Of a stretch of DNA of 64,000 bases, positions 52,536 to 62,081 are shown in pieces. Source of the DNA: an uncultured Gemmatimonadales bacterium (GTDB taxonomy: Bacteria; Gemmatimonadota; Gemmatimonadetes; Gemmatimonadales; Gemmatimonadaceae); assembly GCA_963701965.1 (NCBI GenBank), contig OY969695.1:4672001-4736000 (forward strand), in the 5' to 3' direction. Positions within the stretch are counted from its first letter, which is position 1; every line of letters begins with the position of its first letter. Made by a program: the position numbers and the translations under genes. The notes beneath the pieces were generated by a model. It saw only the letters and a program-made list of their open reading frames with translations, searched no databases and had not been told where the DNA came from.

Positions 52536-52593
52536 GACGCCAATATATCACGCGTCTCGAGACGACGCTTCGTTGTCCACCACAGCGTGGACG

Positions 52594-54048
52594 CTAGAGA
52601 TAGGGTTGGGCCAGCCACGCCACCCCATCGCGCAAGCGCTGGAGAAGAGGGCGGCGCTCCAGGTGACCGAGCGTGAGCAGCCGGCTCGCGGCGATCTTGT
52701 CGTCGAGTAGCGCACCCAAGCGGGCCGCCAACGCCGAAGAGTAGCACTCGATGTTGTACTCGAAGTTGAGCCGCAAGCTGCGCGGATCGAGGTTGGCCGA
52801 CCCGATCAGCGACCAACGGTCGTCAATGAGCAGCAGCTTGGAATGATCGAACGGCGGGGGGGACAGGTACACGCGGCAACCCCAGGCCAAAACCTGCGAC
52901 AACTGGGCGGTCGCCGCCCACTGCACGAGACGCAGGTTGCCGCGCGCCGGCAGGACGATGTCGACCTGCACGCCCCGCAGCGCCGCGACGCGGAGCGCGT
53001 CGATCAGCGACCGGTCGGGGAGAAAATACGGCGTCGAGAGCCGGATCGAGCGCGTCGCCTGAGCGGTGGCGCCGAGAATGACCATCAGCACCGTCTCGAA
53101 GTCGGCGTCCGGTCCGTCGGGAATCCCCCGGGCGAACACATCGCCGGCGGCGGCCGATCCCGGTGACCAGATGTCCGCCGGAAGCGACTCGTGAGTGGTG
53201 AATTCCCAGTCGAACGCGAACGCGTCCATGATCTGGCGCACGACGGGGCCCCGTACCAGAAAATGCAGGTCGCGCGTCGCGTCCGGGCGGTTGAGCGACA
53301 AGAGGCACGCGTCGCGCACATTGAGCCCGCCACAGAAACCGGTCGTGCCGTCGACGACCATCATCTTGCGGTGGTTCCGCAGGTTGAAGTACGGATGCGG
53401 GATGGGGATGAGCGAGGGAAGAAACCGCGCCACCCGCACCCCACGGCGCGCCAGCTCGCGGACGATGGGTGGATGGCTATAGCGGGCACCGACGCCGTCG
53501 ATCAACACCCGGACGGCCACGCCCCGCGCCGCGGCGCGGGCCAGCGCGTCGACGAATTGCGTTCCCACGATCCCGCGGTCGAAGATGTAGCTGGCCATCG
53601 CTACCGTGCGCTCCGCCCCGTCGATCGCCGCCAGCATCGCGGGGTAGGCCTGATCCCCGTTCTCCAGAGGCTCGATCGCGCATCCCGGCTCGAGCGGCAG
53701 CCCCGTCACCGTCGCCGTCAACCGGGCGATGGCGTGCAGAGGGGCGGGGAGATCCGCCGGCAACTCGTCACCGACGCGCGCCGCAGCGCCCCGCAATGCC
53801 GCGGCCTGGTCCGCGGGATCGAGCGCCGGCGGACGCCGGCCCTGGCGCGCCTCCCGGTTGATGCGGTTGATCCCGAATAGCGCATACAACATTGAACCGA
53901 ACACGGGCGTCAGCCACACCAGTCCCGCCCAGCCGATCGCCGCCCGCACATCGTCTTTGGTGAGCACGATGTGCGCGGAGACGACAGCCGCCAACGCGAT
54001 GTGCAGGACCGCAACGAGCGCGGCCGCCGTCGAGGCGCCAATGGGCAT
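52594..54048 (-). CDS. cls: Cardiolipin synthase / phospholipase D family
   Basis: Two HKD motifs (NHRKMMVVDG, HSKLLLIDD) and N-terminal TM helices. Confidence 0.92.
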   Translation of the reverse strand: MPIGASTAAALVAVLHIALAAVVSAHIVLTKDDVRAAIGWAGLVWLTPVFGSMLYALFGINRINREARQGRRPPALDPADQAAALRGAAARVGDELPADLPAPLHAIARLTATVTGLPLEPGCAIEPLENGDQAYPAMLAAIDGAERTVAMASYIFDRGIVGTQFVDALARAAARGVAVRVLIDGVGARYSHPPIVRELARRGVRVARFLPSLIPIPHPYFNLRNHRKMMVVDGTTGFCGGLNVRDACLLSLNRPDATRDLHFLVRGPVVRQIMDAFAFDWEFTTHESLPADIWSPGSAAAGDVFARGIPDGPDADFETVLMVILGATAQATRSIRLSTPYFLPDRSLIDALRVAALRGVQVDIVLPARGNLRLVQWAATAQLSQVLAWGCRVYLSPPPFDHSKLLLIDDRWSLIGSANLDPRSLRLNFEYNIECYSSALAARLGALLDDKIAASRLLTLGHLERRPLLQRLRDGVAWLAQPYL

Positions 54049-54097
54049 AGTGGCGAAGAATGTCCCTCCGCTGGCCGCGATGCTACTTTATCGCGCC

Positions 54098-55780
54098 ATG
54101 CACGTACTCACGGTCGCGATGGTGCTGGGCATGATCGTCACCAAGAACGTCGCGGTGCCCATGCGCGACGGCATCGTGCTGCGCGCCGACCTGTACCGCC
54201 CGGCATCCGGCGGCCCATTTCCGGTGATCGTCTACCGGACGCCGTACGGGAAGCGGGCGATGTCCACGGTTCGCCACGCCGTCGACCGCGGCTACGCCGT
54301 CCTGGTGCAGGACGTCCGGGGCCGCTACGCGTCGGATGGGGAGTTCGCGCCGTACGAGCAGGAGCCGCACGACGGCTACGACACCATTGAGTGGACCGCT
54401 GTCCAGCCGTGGTCCAATGGCGCGGTGGGCATGTTCGGCCTGTCGTACCCCGGCGCCGTCCAATGGCTGGCCGCGATCGAGACGCCGCCGCACCTCAAGG
54501 CCATCGTTCCGGCAATGACGTTCTCCACGCCGCAGAACTTTTTCTACGCGGGTGGCACGTGGGACATGTCGTGGATCGACTGGATCTGGAATGACATCGC
54601 GCCGGACGCGCGCGTCCGGCACCACGTGTCCGGTCCGACGACGGACCGGGAGGCGGCCGCGCAGTGGAAACAGGTCGCCCCGGTGGCCGATCACGAGTTG
54701 CCGCTCTCCGGACTCGCCGAGCTCAAGGGGATCGCGCCCTACTACTATCGCTGGTTGGCGCATCCCCCCGAGGATCCGTGGTGGGAGTGGTCCGAGCTCC
54801 GCGACAAGTATGGCCGGGTCCACGCCGCGGTCCTCAATCTCTCGGCGTGGTACGACGATAACTACGGGCCCGAAGGAGCCACCACCAACTTCGCCGGTCT
54901 CCTCGCCGCGCGGACCGGCGAGCGGGATCCGCGGACGCACTTGCTCCTCGGCCCCTGGACGCACGGGGGGCAGGAGGACACGACGTCGGGGGATCGGGCT
55001 TTCCCCAAGTCGTCGACGATCGACTACGATGATGTCGTCCTCCGTTGGCTCGACCACTACGTGCGGGGCATCGACAACGGCGTCGATCGCGAGCCGCGGG
55101 TCCGCTACTACGTCATGGGCGCCAACGCGTGGCGGACGGCGGACACATGGCCGCCGCCGGCGCGGTCGGTCACCTACTACCTGGCGACGCCGGGCGCACT
55201 GGCCACGGACACGACGACCGGCGCTGGCGAAAATTCCTACGTCTCCGATCCGGCCAACCCGGTGACGAACCCCTACGAATTTTCCGGGGCGCACGACTAC
55301 CGGGCGCTCGGCGCCCGCGCCGATGTGCTGACGTTCGAGACGCCGCCGCTGGACCGCGATGTCGAGGTCACCGGACCCATTCGGGCGGAGATCTTTCTGC
55401 GCTGCGGCTGCCGTGACACCGACGTGTGGGTGCGCCTGCTCGACGTCGCGCCCGACGGCGTCGCGTTCAACCTCATGAGTCCCGGTCTGGACGTCGAGCG
55501 CGCGAGCTACCGGGACATGGCCCGGGGCCGACAGCTGCTGGCGCCGGATAGCGTGTACGCGGTGCGCCTCGACCACCTGATCACCAGTAACCGCTTCGCG
55601 CGCGGACACCGCATCCGCGTGCAGATCTCGAGCACGTTCTTCCCGAACTTCTCGCGCAACCCGCAGACGGGCGAGTCGGAGGCTACCTCCCGCGACCTTC
55701 GGCGCGCCACAGTGACGATCGAGCACCGGCCCGGTGCCTGGTCGCGCATCACGCTCCCGATCACGACGCCTGCTGACTAG
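54098..55780 (+). CDS. CocE/NonD family hydrolase
   Basis: VPMRDGIVLRADLYRP, RTPY, QDVRGRYASDG, GLSYPG, GPWTH. Confidence 0.93.
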   Translation: MHVLTVAMVLGMIVTKNVAVPMRDGIVLRADLYRPASGGPFPVIVYRTPYGKRAMSTVRHAVDRGYAVLVQDVRGRYASDGEFAPYEQEPHDGYDTIEWTAVQPWSNGAVGMFGLSYPGAVQWLAAIETPPHLKAIVPAMTFSTPQNFFYAGGTWDMSWIDWIWNDIAPDARVRHHVSGPTTDREAAAQWKQVAPVADHELPLSGLAELKGIAPYYYRWLAHPPEDPWWEWSELRDKYGRVHAAVLNLSAWYDDNYGPEGATTNFAGLLAARTGERDPRTHLLLGPWTHGGQEDTTSGDRAFPKSSTIDYDDVVLRWLDHYVRGIDNGVDREPRVRYYVMGANAWRTADTWPPPARSVTYYLATPGALATDTTTGAGENSYVSDPANPVTNPYEFSGAHDYRALGARADVLTFETPPLDRDVEVTGPIRAEIFLRCGCRDTDVWVRLLDVAPDGVAFNLMSPGLDVERASYRDMARGRQLLAPDSVYAVRLDHLITSNRFARGHRIRVQISSTFFPNFSRNPQTGESEATSRDLRRATVTIEHRPGAWSRITLPITTPAD

Positions 55781-55813
55781 CCGGCGCCCCTGGCCAGCTC
55801 TACTTTATAGGCC

Positions 55814-56677
55814 GTGGTGTTCCAGGACGGACTGCCCGACGCCTATACGGTAGAGCGCGAGCTGGGGCGCGGGGGCATGGCCACCGTCTACCTGGTGCGC
55901 GACGCGAAGCACCAACGTCTCGTGGCGCTCAAGGTCTTGAACGCCGATCTCGCCGCCTCCCTCGGCCCCCAGCGGTTCCGGCGCGAGATCGCCACCGCCG
56001 CCCGGCTCCAGCATCCGCACATCCTCGGCGTCTACGACTCGGGCGAGACGCCGACGGGCCAGCTCTGGTTCACGATGCCGTACGTCGAAGGCGAGTCGCG
56101 GCGCGCGGCGTACGACATGGCGCTGCGGTACGCGCCCTCCTCGGCCGAGGCGAACCAAGGGTTGACGGGCGCCGAGGCGGGAATGGGCGATTGGCCGGAC
56201 GCGTTGGAGCACGCCAAGCGCGTTCGACAACGACAGGGGCACGTGGTCGGTCATCCGTTCGGAAGCTTCGATCATCTGCGCGGCAACACCGCGCTCGCCC
56301 GGGCCCATGCCGACACGGCGATCGCGATCCTATGACGCGCAACCCGCGTCGCCCGATGATTTTCAACGCCCGTTGTTCCGCGAGCCTGATGTTGGCGCGG
56401 CTCGGACAACGGCAGGCCGGGCCGAGAGCTTGGGCGCGCACGGTCTGGCGTTGGCCCAGGCCACCGGCGACCGCATTCGGGATCATGGCGTATGCCGAGC
56501 ATCTCGCTGGAAACGCGTTTGTACGTCGGGACCGGCGACCACGCGAAGGCGCTCGACGTCCTCGATTCGCTGCTCGCTCAGCCGTATCTCATCTCGCCGT
56601 CGTGGCTGCGGGTCGATCCGACGTGGGCGCCACTCGCCAAGGAAACCCGCTTCCGGCGCATGATCGCGGCCCGCTAG
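55814..56677 (+). pseudogene. Ser/Thr protein kinase with large internal deletion and frameshifts
   Basis: ELGRGGMATVY, VALKVL, HPHI, MPYVEGES, then TPR-like tail ending WLRVDPTWAPL..RF. No HRD or DFG motif. Confidence 0.88.
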
Positions 56678-56747
56678 ACGAGCGCCAGGGTGTGATCGAC
56701 CCCATACCGGCGTTGCGCGTCGCATCACATACCGCCAAGATTGGCTC

Positions 56748-56822
56748 ATGACGCGCACGATGTTCTTTAGCCGCTTCTTCGGTTTCCCCCTGGGGGGCCG
56801 AGGTCGCGGGCGCGCGCGCTGA
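56748..56822 (+). CDS. Phe-rich leader peptide (pheL-like) MTRTMFFSRFFGFPLGGRGRGRAR
   Basis: 24 codons with 5 Phe in an 8-codon stretch, directly upstream of a terminator and pheA. Confidence 0.85.
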   Translation: MTRTMFFSRFFGFPLGGRGRGRAR

Positions 56823-56851
56823 TAGACGGCGAGCACGACCACTCGATCCTC

Positions 56852-56885
56852 GAGGCCCCCGGATGTCCCGGGGGCCTCTTTTTTT
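56852..56885 (+). terminator. Attenuator terminator of pheA
   Basis: gaggcccccgg-atgtc-ccgggggcctc followed by T7. Confidence 0.92.
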
Positions 56886-56907
56886 CATCTCCCATCACGG
56901 TCTGATC

Positions 56908-57459
56908 ATGCGCGTTGCGTTCCAAGGAGAGCCGGGCGCTTTCGGCGAAGCGGCGATCGCCCAGGTGTGGGGCGCCCAAGCCATCGCCATGCCGGTCTAT
57001 GCGTTCGAAGACGTCGCCGACGCCGTGGCGCGGGGGCGCGCCGATGCCGGCGTGCTGCCGGTCGAGAACGTCATCGTCGGCCCGGTCGCGGCGAGCGTCG
57101 CGGTGCTGGCCGCGCGGAATGATCTCGTCGTCGTGTCGGAGACCGTTGTCCCGGTCGATTTGGCCGTGATGGCCATCCCGGGCGTGACTCTCTCCGGACT
57201 CACGCAGGTGAAAAGTCACCCGGTCGCGTTGGCCCAGTGCGCCGCCTGGTTTCGATTCCATCCCGCGGTCGCGCCCGTGTCAGTCTATGACACAGCGGGA
57301 GCGGCCCGTATGATCGCCCAGGACGCCAGCGCTCAGGCTGGCGCGATCGCCAGCGCGGCGGCCGCGGCGCGATACGGACTCACCATCCTCGACCGGAATG
57401 TCGCCGATCGCACAGACAACGCGACCCGGTTCGTCGTGGTCGTGCGCCGCGGCGTTTAG
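56908..57459 (+). CDS. pheA: Prephenate dehydratase without ACT domain
   Basis: [40 protein letters not shown]; ends at 183 aa. Confidence 0.92.
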   Translation: MRVAFQGEPGAFGEAAIAQVWGAQAIAMPVYAFEDVADAVARGRADAGVLPVENVIVGPVAASVAVLAARNDLVVVSETVVPVDLAVMAIPGVTLSGLTQVKSHPVALAQCAAWFRFHPAVAPVSVYDTAGAARMIAQDASAQAGAIASAAAAARYGLTILDRNVADRTDNATRFVVVVRRGV

Positions 57460-59159
57460 CCCGGACGCCCGTTCGGCGTGGCCAGCACGGCGCCGTTGCT
57501 GGCGTTCGTCACGAGCGCGGTGTAGCGCGCCAACCAACCGCGCGTCACCTTGGGCGCCGGTGCGCGCCACTCGGCGCGTCGCCGCGCCAGCGCGTCAGCG
57601 CCAACGCCGAGGTCCAGCACCCGGGCCGCCAGATCGATCGTCACGCAGTCGCCATCGCGCACCAGGCCGATCGGCCCGCCTTCGGCCGCCTCCGGCGAGA
57701 CGTGGCCAATGCAGAGGCCGCGCGTGCCTCCCGAAAACCGGCCATCCGTGATCAGCGCCACGGATGCGCCGATGGGCATGCCTTTGAGCATGCTCGTGAG
57801 CGCCAGCATCTCGCGCATGCCGGGGCCGCCCCGCGGGCCCTCGTTGCGAACGATGACGACGTCACCGGAGCGAATGCGATCGTGACGGACGGCGTCGATC
57901 GCCTCCTCCTCGCTCTCGAACACGCGGGCTGGTCCCGAGAACGTCATCTCGTGTTGGTCGACGGCGCCGACTTTGACGACCGCGCCCTCGGGCGCCAGCG
58001 AGCCGAACAGCACGGCGAGCGCGCCGCGCGGCGAGTGCGGGCGGTTCACGGGGCGAATGCACTCCGGGTTGACGATCGCGGCATCGGCCACCGTCTCGCC
58101 GAGCGTCATCCCGGTCACGGACCGGGCGCTGGCATCGATGGCGCCGGGCACCTGTATGAGCTCGCGGACGATCGCCGAGATGCCACCCGCGGCGTGCACG
58201 TCCTGCATGTGCCATTGGCGAGATCCATCCCACGCCGGCGAGATCTTGGCCAGGTGTGGGACGCGGGCCGCGACGTCGTTGAAGCGGCTCACCGGGTAGT
58301 CCAGCCCGGCCTCGCGAGCCAGCGCCAGGACGTGGAGGACCGTGTTCGTCGATCCCCCCATCGCCATGTCGAGCGCCATCGCGTTGTCGATGGCGGCAGC
58401 GGTCACGATGTCCAGGAATTTCACGTCGTCGCGAACCAGGCGGAGCACTACCCGCGCGGCCCGATCCACCAGTGCCCGGCGTTCCGGTGTGGTGGCCAAT
58501 ATCGATCCGTTGCCCGGCAGCGCGATGCCCAGCGCTTCGCAGAGGCAATTCATCGAATTCGCGGTGAACATGCCCGAGCAGCTGCCGCACGTCGGGCACC
58601 CGACGCGCTCCAGCTCGTCGAGTCGGGCGTCGTCGATCGTGCCCGCGGCGCGGGCGCCGACGCCCTCGAACACGGAGATCAAGTCGACTTTCTGTCCCCG
58701 CGAGTCGACGCCGGCCGCCATCGGGCCGCCGGAGACGAACACCGTCGGGATATTGACGCGCGCCGCGCCCATGAGCATGCCGGGGACGATCTTGTCGCAG
58801 TTGGGGATGCAGATCATCCCGTCGAAACAATGGGCGCGGGCCATCGTTTCGACCGAGTCCGCGATGAGCTCGCGGGACGGGAGGGAGTAGCGCATCCCCT
58901 CATGGCCCATCACGATGCCATCGTCGACCCCGATCGTATTGAACTCGAACGGCACACCACCGGCGGCGCGCACCGACTCCTTCACCAGGCGGCCAAGCTC
59001 CTGCAAGTGGGCGTGGCCGGGGATGATATCGACATAGGAGTTGCAGACCGCGATGAACGGCTTGTCGAAGTCCCCCTGTTCACGGATCTGCCCCGTCGCC
59101 CGTAGGAGGCTCCGGTGCGGGGCACGTTCGAAACCGCGTTTGATCTGGTCGGAGTGCAT
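57456..59159 (-). CDS. ilvD: Dihydroxy-acid dehydratase
   Basis: [46 protein letters not shown]. Confidence 0.97.
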   Translation of the reverse strand: MHSDQIKRGFERAPHRSLLRATGQIREQGDFDKPFIAVCNSYVDIIPGHAHLQELGRLVKESVRAAGGVPFEFNTIGVDDGIVMGHEGMRYSLPSRELIADSVETMARAHCFDGMICIPNCDKIVPGMLMGAARVNIPTVFVSGGPMAAGVDSRGQKVDLISVFEGVGARAAGTIDDARLDELERVGCPTCGSCSGMFTANSMNCLCEALGIALPGNGSILATTPERRALVDRAARVVLRLVRDDVKFLDIVTAAAIDNAMALDMAMGGSTNTVLHVLALAREAGLDYPVSRFNDVAARVPHLAKISPAWDGSRQWHMQDVHAAGGISAIVRELIQVPGAIDASARSVTGMTLGETVADAAIVNPECIRPVNRPHSPRGALAVLFGSLAPEGAVVKVGAVDQHEMTFSGPARVFESEEEAIDAVRHDRIRSGDVVIVRNEGPRGGPGMREMLALTSMLKGMPIGASVALITDGRFSGGTRGLCIGHVSPEAAEGGPIGLVRDGDCVTIDLAARVLDLGVGADALARRRAEWRAPAPKVTRGWLARYTALVTNASNGAVLATPNGRPG

Positions 59160-59294
59160 GGGGGGTCGAGGACAGGGTATGTCAAGCTATTCTGAATGTG
59201 CCCAGAATGACACGTTGACGTCCCCTGCGTCACGGTGCATCGTTGCTACGCGTGTTTTTGATGACATCGCTCGATTCTTACACTCTTTGGCGCC

Positions 59295-61826
59295 ATGATC
59301 GATTCGCGTTTGTCCTTGCTCGTGCTGGCGCTGGGCGCGTGCACGCCGGTGGCACCGGCCCCGGCGACCACACCGAGCCCCGTCCGTCTCGCCGGCGACA
59401 GTGCCAAGGGTGACTCCGCCGGCGCCGCCAAACCGTACTCGAAGGTCATCACGGCCAAGGCGGTGACCCAGCGCGGCCTCGTGATCAGCCATCGGATCGG
59501 GGAGAAATTGTACTTCGAGGTGCCGACCCGCGTCCTGGGCGCCGACCTCTTGCTGGTGGGAAGCCTGGCCCGCGCCAGCGCCGGGCAGGAGAGGCAATAC
59601 GGCGGCGACTGGCTCAACCGGCGGGTTATCCGCTGGGAGGAGCGGGACCGTCGCGTGCTCCTGCGCAGCGTGTCGTACGAGGTAGTCGCCGATACGTCGC
59701 TGCCGATCGCCCGGGCGGTCGCGCAATCGGAATACGGCGCGGTGCTCGCCTCCTTTCCCATTGAAACGTTCGGTCCGGACAGCGCCCCGGTCATCGACGT
59801 GACCCGACTCTATACGACCGGCATCCCGGAGATGGCGGCGTTCAAGGAGGGGCTCGATGAGAAGCGCTCGTTCATCGAGCGCGTGTCGGCGTTCCCCGAC
59901 AACGTGGAGGTCGAGGCGACGCAGACGGCCGACGGCAAGGACCACGGTCCGGCGTCGAGCGTGTTGGCGCACTGGAGCATGGTGCGCCTTCCGGTCGTCC
60001 CCATGACCGCGAGGCGCGCCGATCCCCGGGTCGGTTTCTTTCTGACCGAGCAGATCGACTACGGGACGACCGAGCCGCGTGCGGCGAAGCGCCAGTACAT
60101 CGGCCGCTGGCGCCTCACCAAGAAGGATCCCGCGGCGGCGGTATCGGAGCCGGTCGCGCCCATTGTCTACTACATCGATCCCACGACGCCGACCCAGTGG
60201 GTGCCCTGGATCAAGAAAGGCATCGAGGACTGGCAGCCGGTATTCGAGGCCGCGGGTTTCTCCCATGCCATCGTGGCGAAGGACGCGCCCGTAGGAGATC
60301 CGTCATGGTCGCCCGACAATGTCCGGCACACGGTGATCCGCTGGTTGCCGTCGACGACGGAAAACGCGTACGGCCCGCAGATCGTCGATCCGCGCACGGG
60401 CGAGGTGCTCAATGGCTCCGTCCGGGTCTATCACAACGTCCTCAATCTCGTCCGCGACTGGTACATCACGCAGGTCGGTGTGCTCGACCCCAGAGTCAAG
60501 ACGTTGCCACTGCCCGACTCGCTGATGGGCCGCTTGCTGGAATACGTGATTGCGCACGAGGTGGGGCACACGCTGGGGCTCCGGCACAACATGCAGGCCA
60601 GCAGCGAGTACCCGGCCGACAGCGTGCGCAGTCGGACGTGGATCCACCGGATGGGTTTCTGCGCCTCGGTCATGGACTACTGTCGATTCGACTATGTCGC
60701 CCAACCCGAGGACTCGATTCCGGTCGGCGATCTCATCCCCCGCATCGCGCCGTACGACTACTTCGCGATCCACTGGGGATATGCGCCGATCGACGTGGAG
60801 ACTTCCACCGCGCCGGGATCGGGCGGGGCGGGCGCCCGGCCGCTCATGCACGTGCGCGCGACTGATGCCGAACGACCCGTGCTCGACGCGTGGGCGCGGG
60901 CGCAGGACAGCGTGCCGTGGTTCCGCTATGAAGGGGACGAGGGTAACGCCGGCCCCGATCCGGGTGTCCAGAGCGAAGCCGTTGGTGATGCCGATGCGGT
61001 GAAATCCACGACCGCGGGCTTCGCCAATATCGCGCGCACCGTCCCGCGGCTCATGACGCTGGCGGTGCGGCCGGGTGAGCCGGACGACGATCTCAAGGAT
61101 CTGTTCGATCGCCTGATCGGGCAGTGGCAGCTCGAAGTCCGTCAGGTGGTCAAGGTCGTCGGCGGGGAATACGGCCGGGAGAAATCCGGCAGCCAAACCG
61201 GACCCCGGTTCACGCCGGTGCCCGCGGACCGGCAGCGCGCGGCCGTGCGCTTTCTGGTGACGCATGCCTTCGCCACGCCCACGTATTTCCTGGACCCGGC
61301 GCTCCTGGCGCGACTCGGCGCCGATGTGGGCGATAGCGCGCTGGCGCGCGTCAAGCAGGCGCAGAGCGGTGTCGTGCAGTCTCTGCTCCGTGCCGACCGT
61401 CTCGAACGGCTCGCCGACGAGCGGGCGATGGTCGGCCGCGGCGGTGATGCCTACGATCCGGCGGAGCTCATGTCGGACGTGCGCGTCGCGCTCTGGTCGG
61501 AACTCACCGGGGGAAGCGTCAAGATCGACGCGTTCCGCCGGAGTCTGCAGCGGGCGCACTTGGTGGCCCTCGATGCCTTGGTGAACCCGATCAACCCCAC
61601 GAGCGGGAAGCCGGACGACAAGTCGCCCGTTCCCACCGTCGATCGGACCGGCGCGCCGCGCGCCGGTGAAGGCGATGCACGGGCGCTGGCGCGCAGTGAG
61701 TTGGCGGCGATCCGCGACGCCGCGCGTCGCGCGCTGCCGCGCGCGGGCGATGCCGTCACCCGGGCACATCTCACCGAGACGATCGCCGAGGTCACGCGAT
61801 CGCTCGAGCCCGCGCCAGCGGCTTGA
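59295..61826 (+). CDS. Zinc-dependent metalloprotease lipoprotein (EcxA/DUF4953-DUF5117-like)
   Basis: Lipobox LGAC, ADPRVGFF, PIVYYIDP, AHEVGHTLGLRHN, SVMDY. Confidence 0.92.
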   Translation: MIDSRLSLLVLALGACTPVAPAPATTPSPVRLAGDSAKGDSAGAAKPYSKVITAKAVTQRGLVISHRIGEKLYFEVPTRVLGADLLLVGSLARASAGQERQYGGDWLNRRVIRWEERDRRVLLRSVSYEVVADTSLPIARAVAQSEYGAVLASFPIETFGPDSAPVIDVTRLYTTGIPEMAAFKEGLDEKRSFIERVSAFPDNVEVEATQTADGKDHGPASSVLAHWSMVRLPVVPMTARRADPRVGFFLTEQIDYGTTEPRAAKRQYIGRWRLTKKDPAAAVSEPVAPIVYYIDPTTPTQWVPWIKKGIEDWQPVFEAAGFSHAIVAKDAPVGDPSWSPDNVRHTVIRWLPSTTENAYGPQIVDPRTGEVLNGSVRVYHNVLNLVRDWYITQVGVLDPRVKTLPLPDSLMGRLLEYVIAHEVGHTLGLRHNMQASSEYPADSVRSRTWIHRMGFCASVMDYCRFDYVAQPEDSIPVGDLIPRIAPYDYFAIHWGYAPIDVETSTAPGSGGAGARPLMHVRATDAERPVLDAWARAQDSVPWFRYEGDEGNAGPDPGVQSEAVGDADAVKSTTAGFANIARTVPRLMTLAVRPGEPDDDLKDLFDRLIGQWQLEVRQVVKVVGGEYGREKSGSQTGPRFTPVPADRQRAAVRFLVTHAFATPTYFLDPALLARLGADVGDSALARVKQAQSGVVQSLLRADRLERLADERAMVGRGGDAYDPAELMSDVRVALWSELTGGSVKIDAFRRSLQRAHLVALDALVNPINPTSGKPDDKSPVPTVDRTGAPRAGEGDARALARSELAAIRDAARRALPRAGDAVTRAHLTETIAEVTRSLEPAPAA

Positions 61827-61851
61827 CATGCTCATCTCAGTGCTATAGGAT
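61823..61851 (+). promoter_or_regulatory. Sigma70-like promoter of the SusC leader
   Basis: TTGACA-N17-TAGGAT. Confidence 0.75.
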
Positions 61852-61862
61852 TGCCGCTCACC

Positions 61863-61958
61863 ATGACGCCATCCATGTCCATGTGTTGTCGCGCCCTCTG
61901 TATCCGCTCCATCGGGAGTGGGAACAGTGGCTGCGCGTCATCCGGTGGACTTGGATGA
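61863..61958 (+). CDS. Putative Cys/Met-rich leader peptide MTPSMSMCCRALCIRSIGSGNSGCASSGGLG
   Basis: First ATG after the promoter; 4 Cys and 3 Met; overlaps attenuator segments 1 and 2. Confidence 0.6.
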   Translation: MTPSMSMCCRALCIRSIGSGNSGCASSGGLG

Positions 61959-62009
61959 TCGCGTAACATGCGATAGGTCGCGATAGGCCGCGACGCGTCT
62001 CGCGCCACT

Positions 62010-62041
62010 GAGCCCGCTCTCTCCGGAGAGCGGGCTCTTTT
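62010..62041 (+). terminator. Intrinsic terminator in the 5' leader of the SusC-like gene
   Basis: gagcccgctctc-tccg-gagagcgggctc followed by tttt. Confidence 0.9.
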
Positions 62042-62081
62042 GCGTTTATCCCTCATTGCCTTGACTGGAGAATCTGGTTCA

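Noticed and set aside
59160..59294. Ile/Leu/Val leader attenuator upstream of ilvD
   Set aside because: No branched-chain-rich uORF or terminator hairpin on the minus strand.
2685..61835. Long alternative-frame and antisense ORFs (e.g. 2685-4466, 7210-8958, 34636-36255, 40796-42376, 54083-55726, 60303-61835)
   Set aside because: These are shadow ORFs of real genes in high-GC DNA, Arg/Pro/Ala-rich and without motifs.
61900..62030. Cobalamin riboswitch before the TonB receptor (gggaa and gccactg present)
   Set aside because: The core CCCGCxACTGT and AGACC elements are missing, and these motifs are explained by antiterminator pairing.
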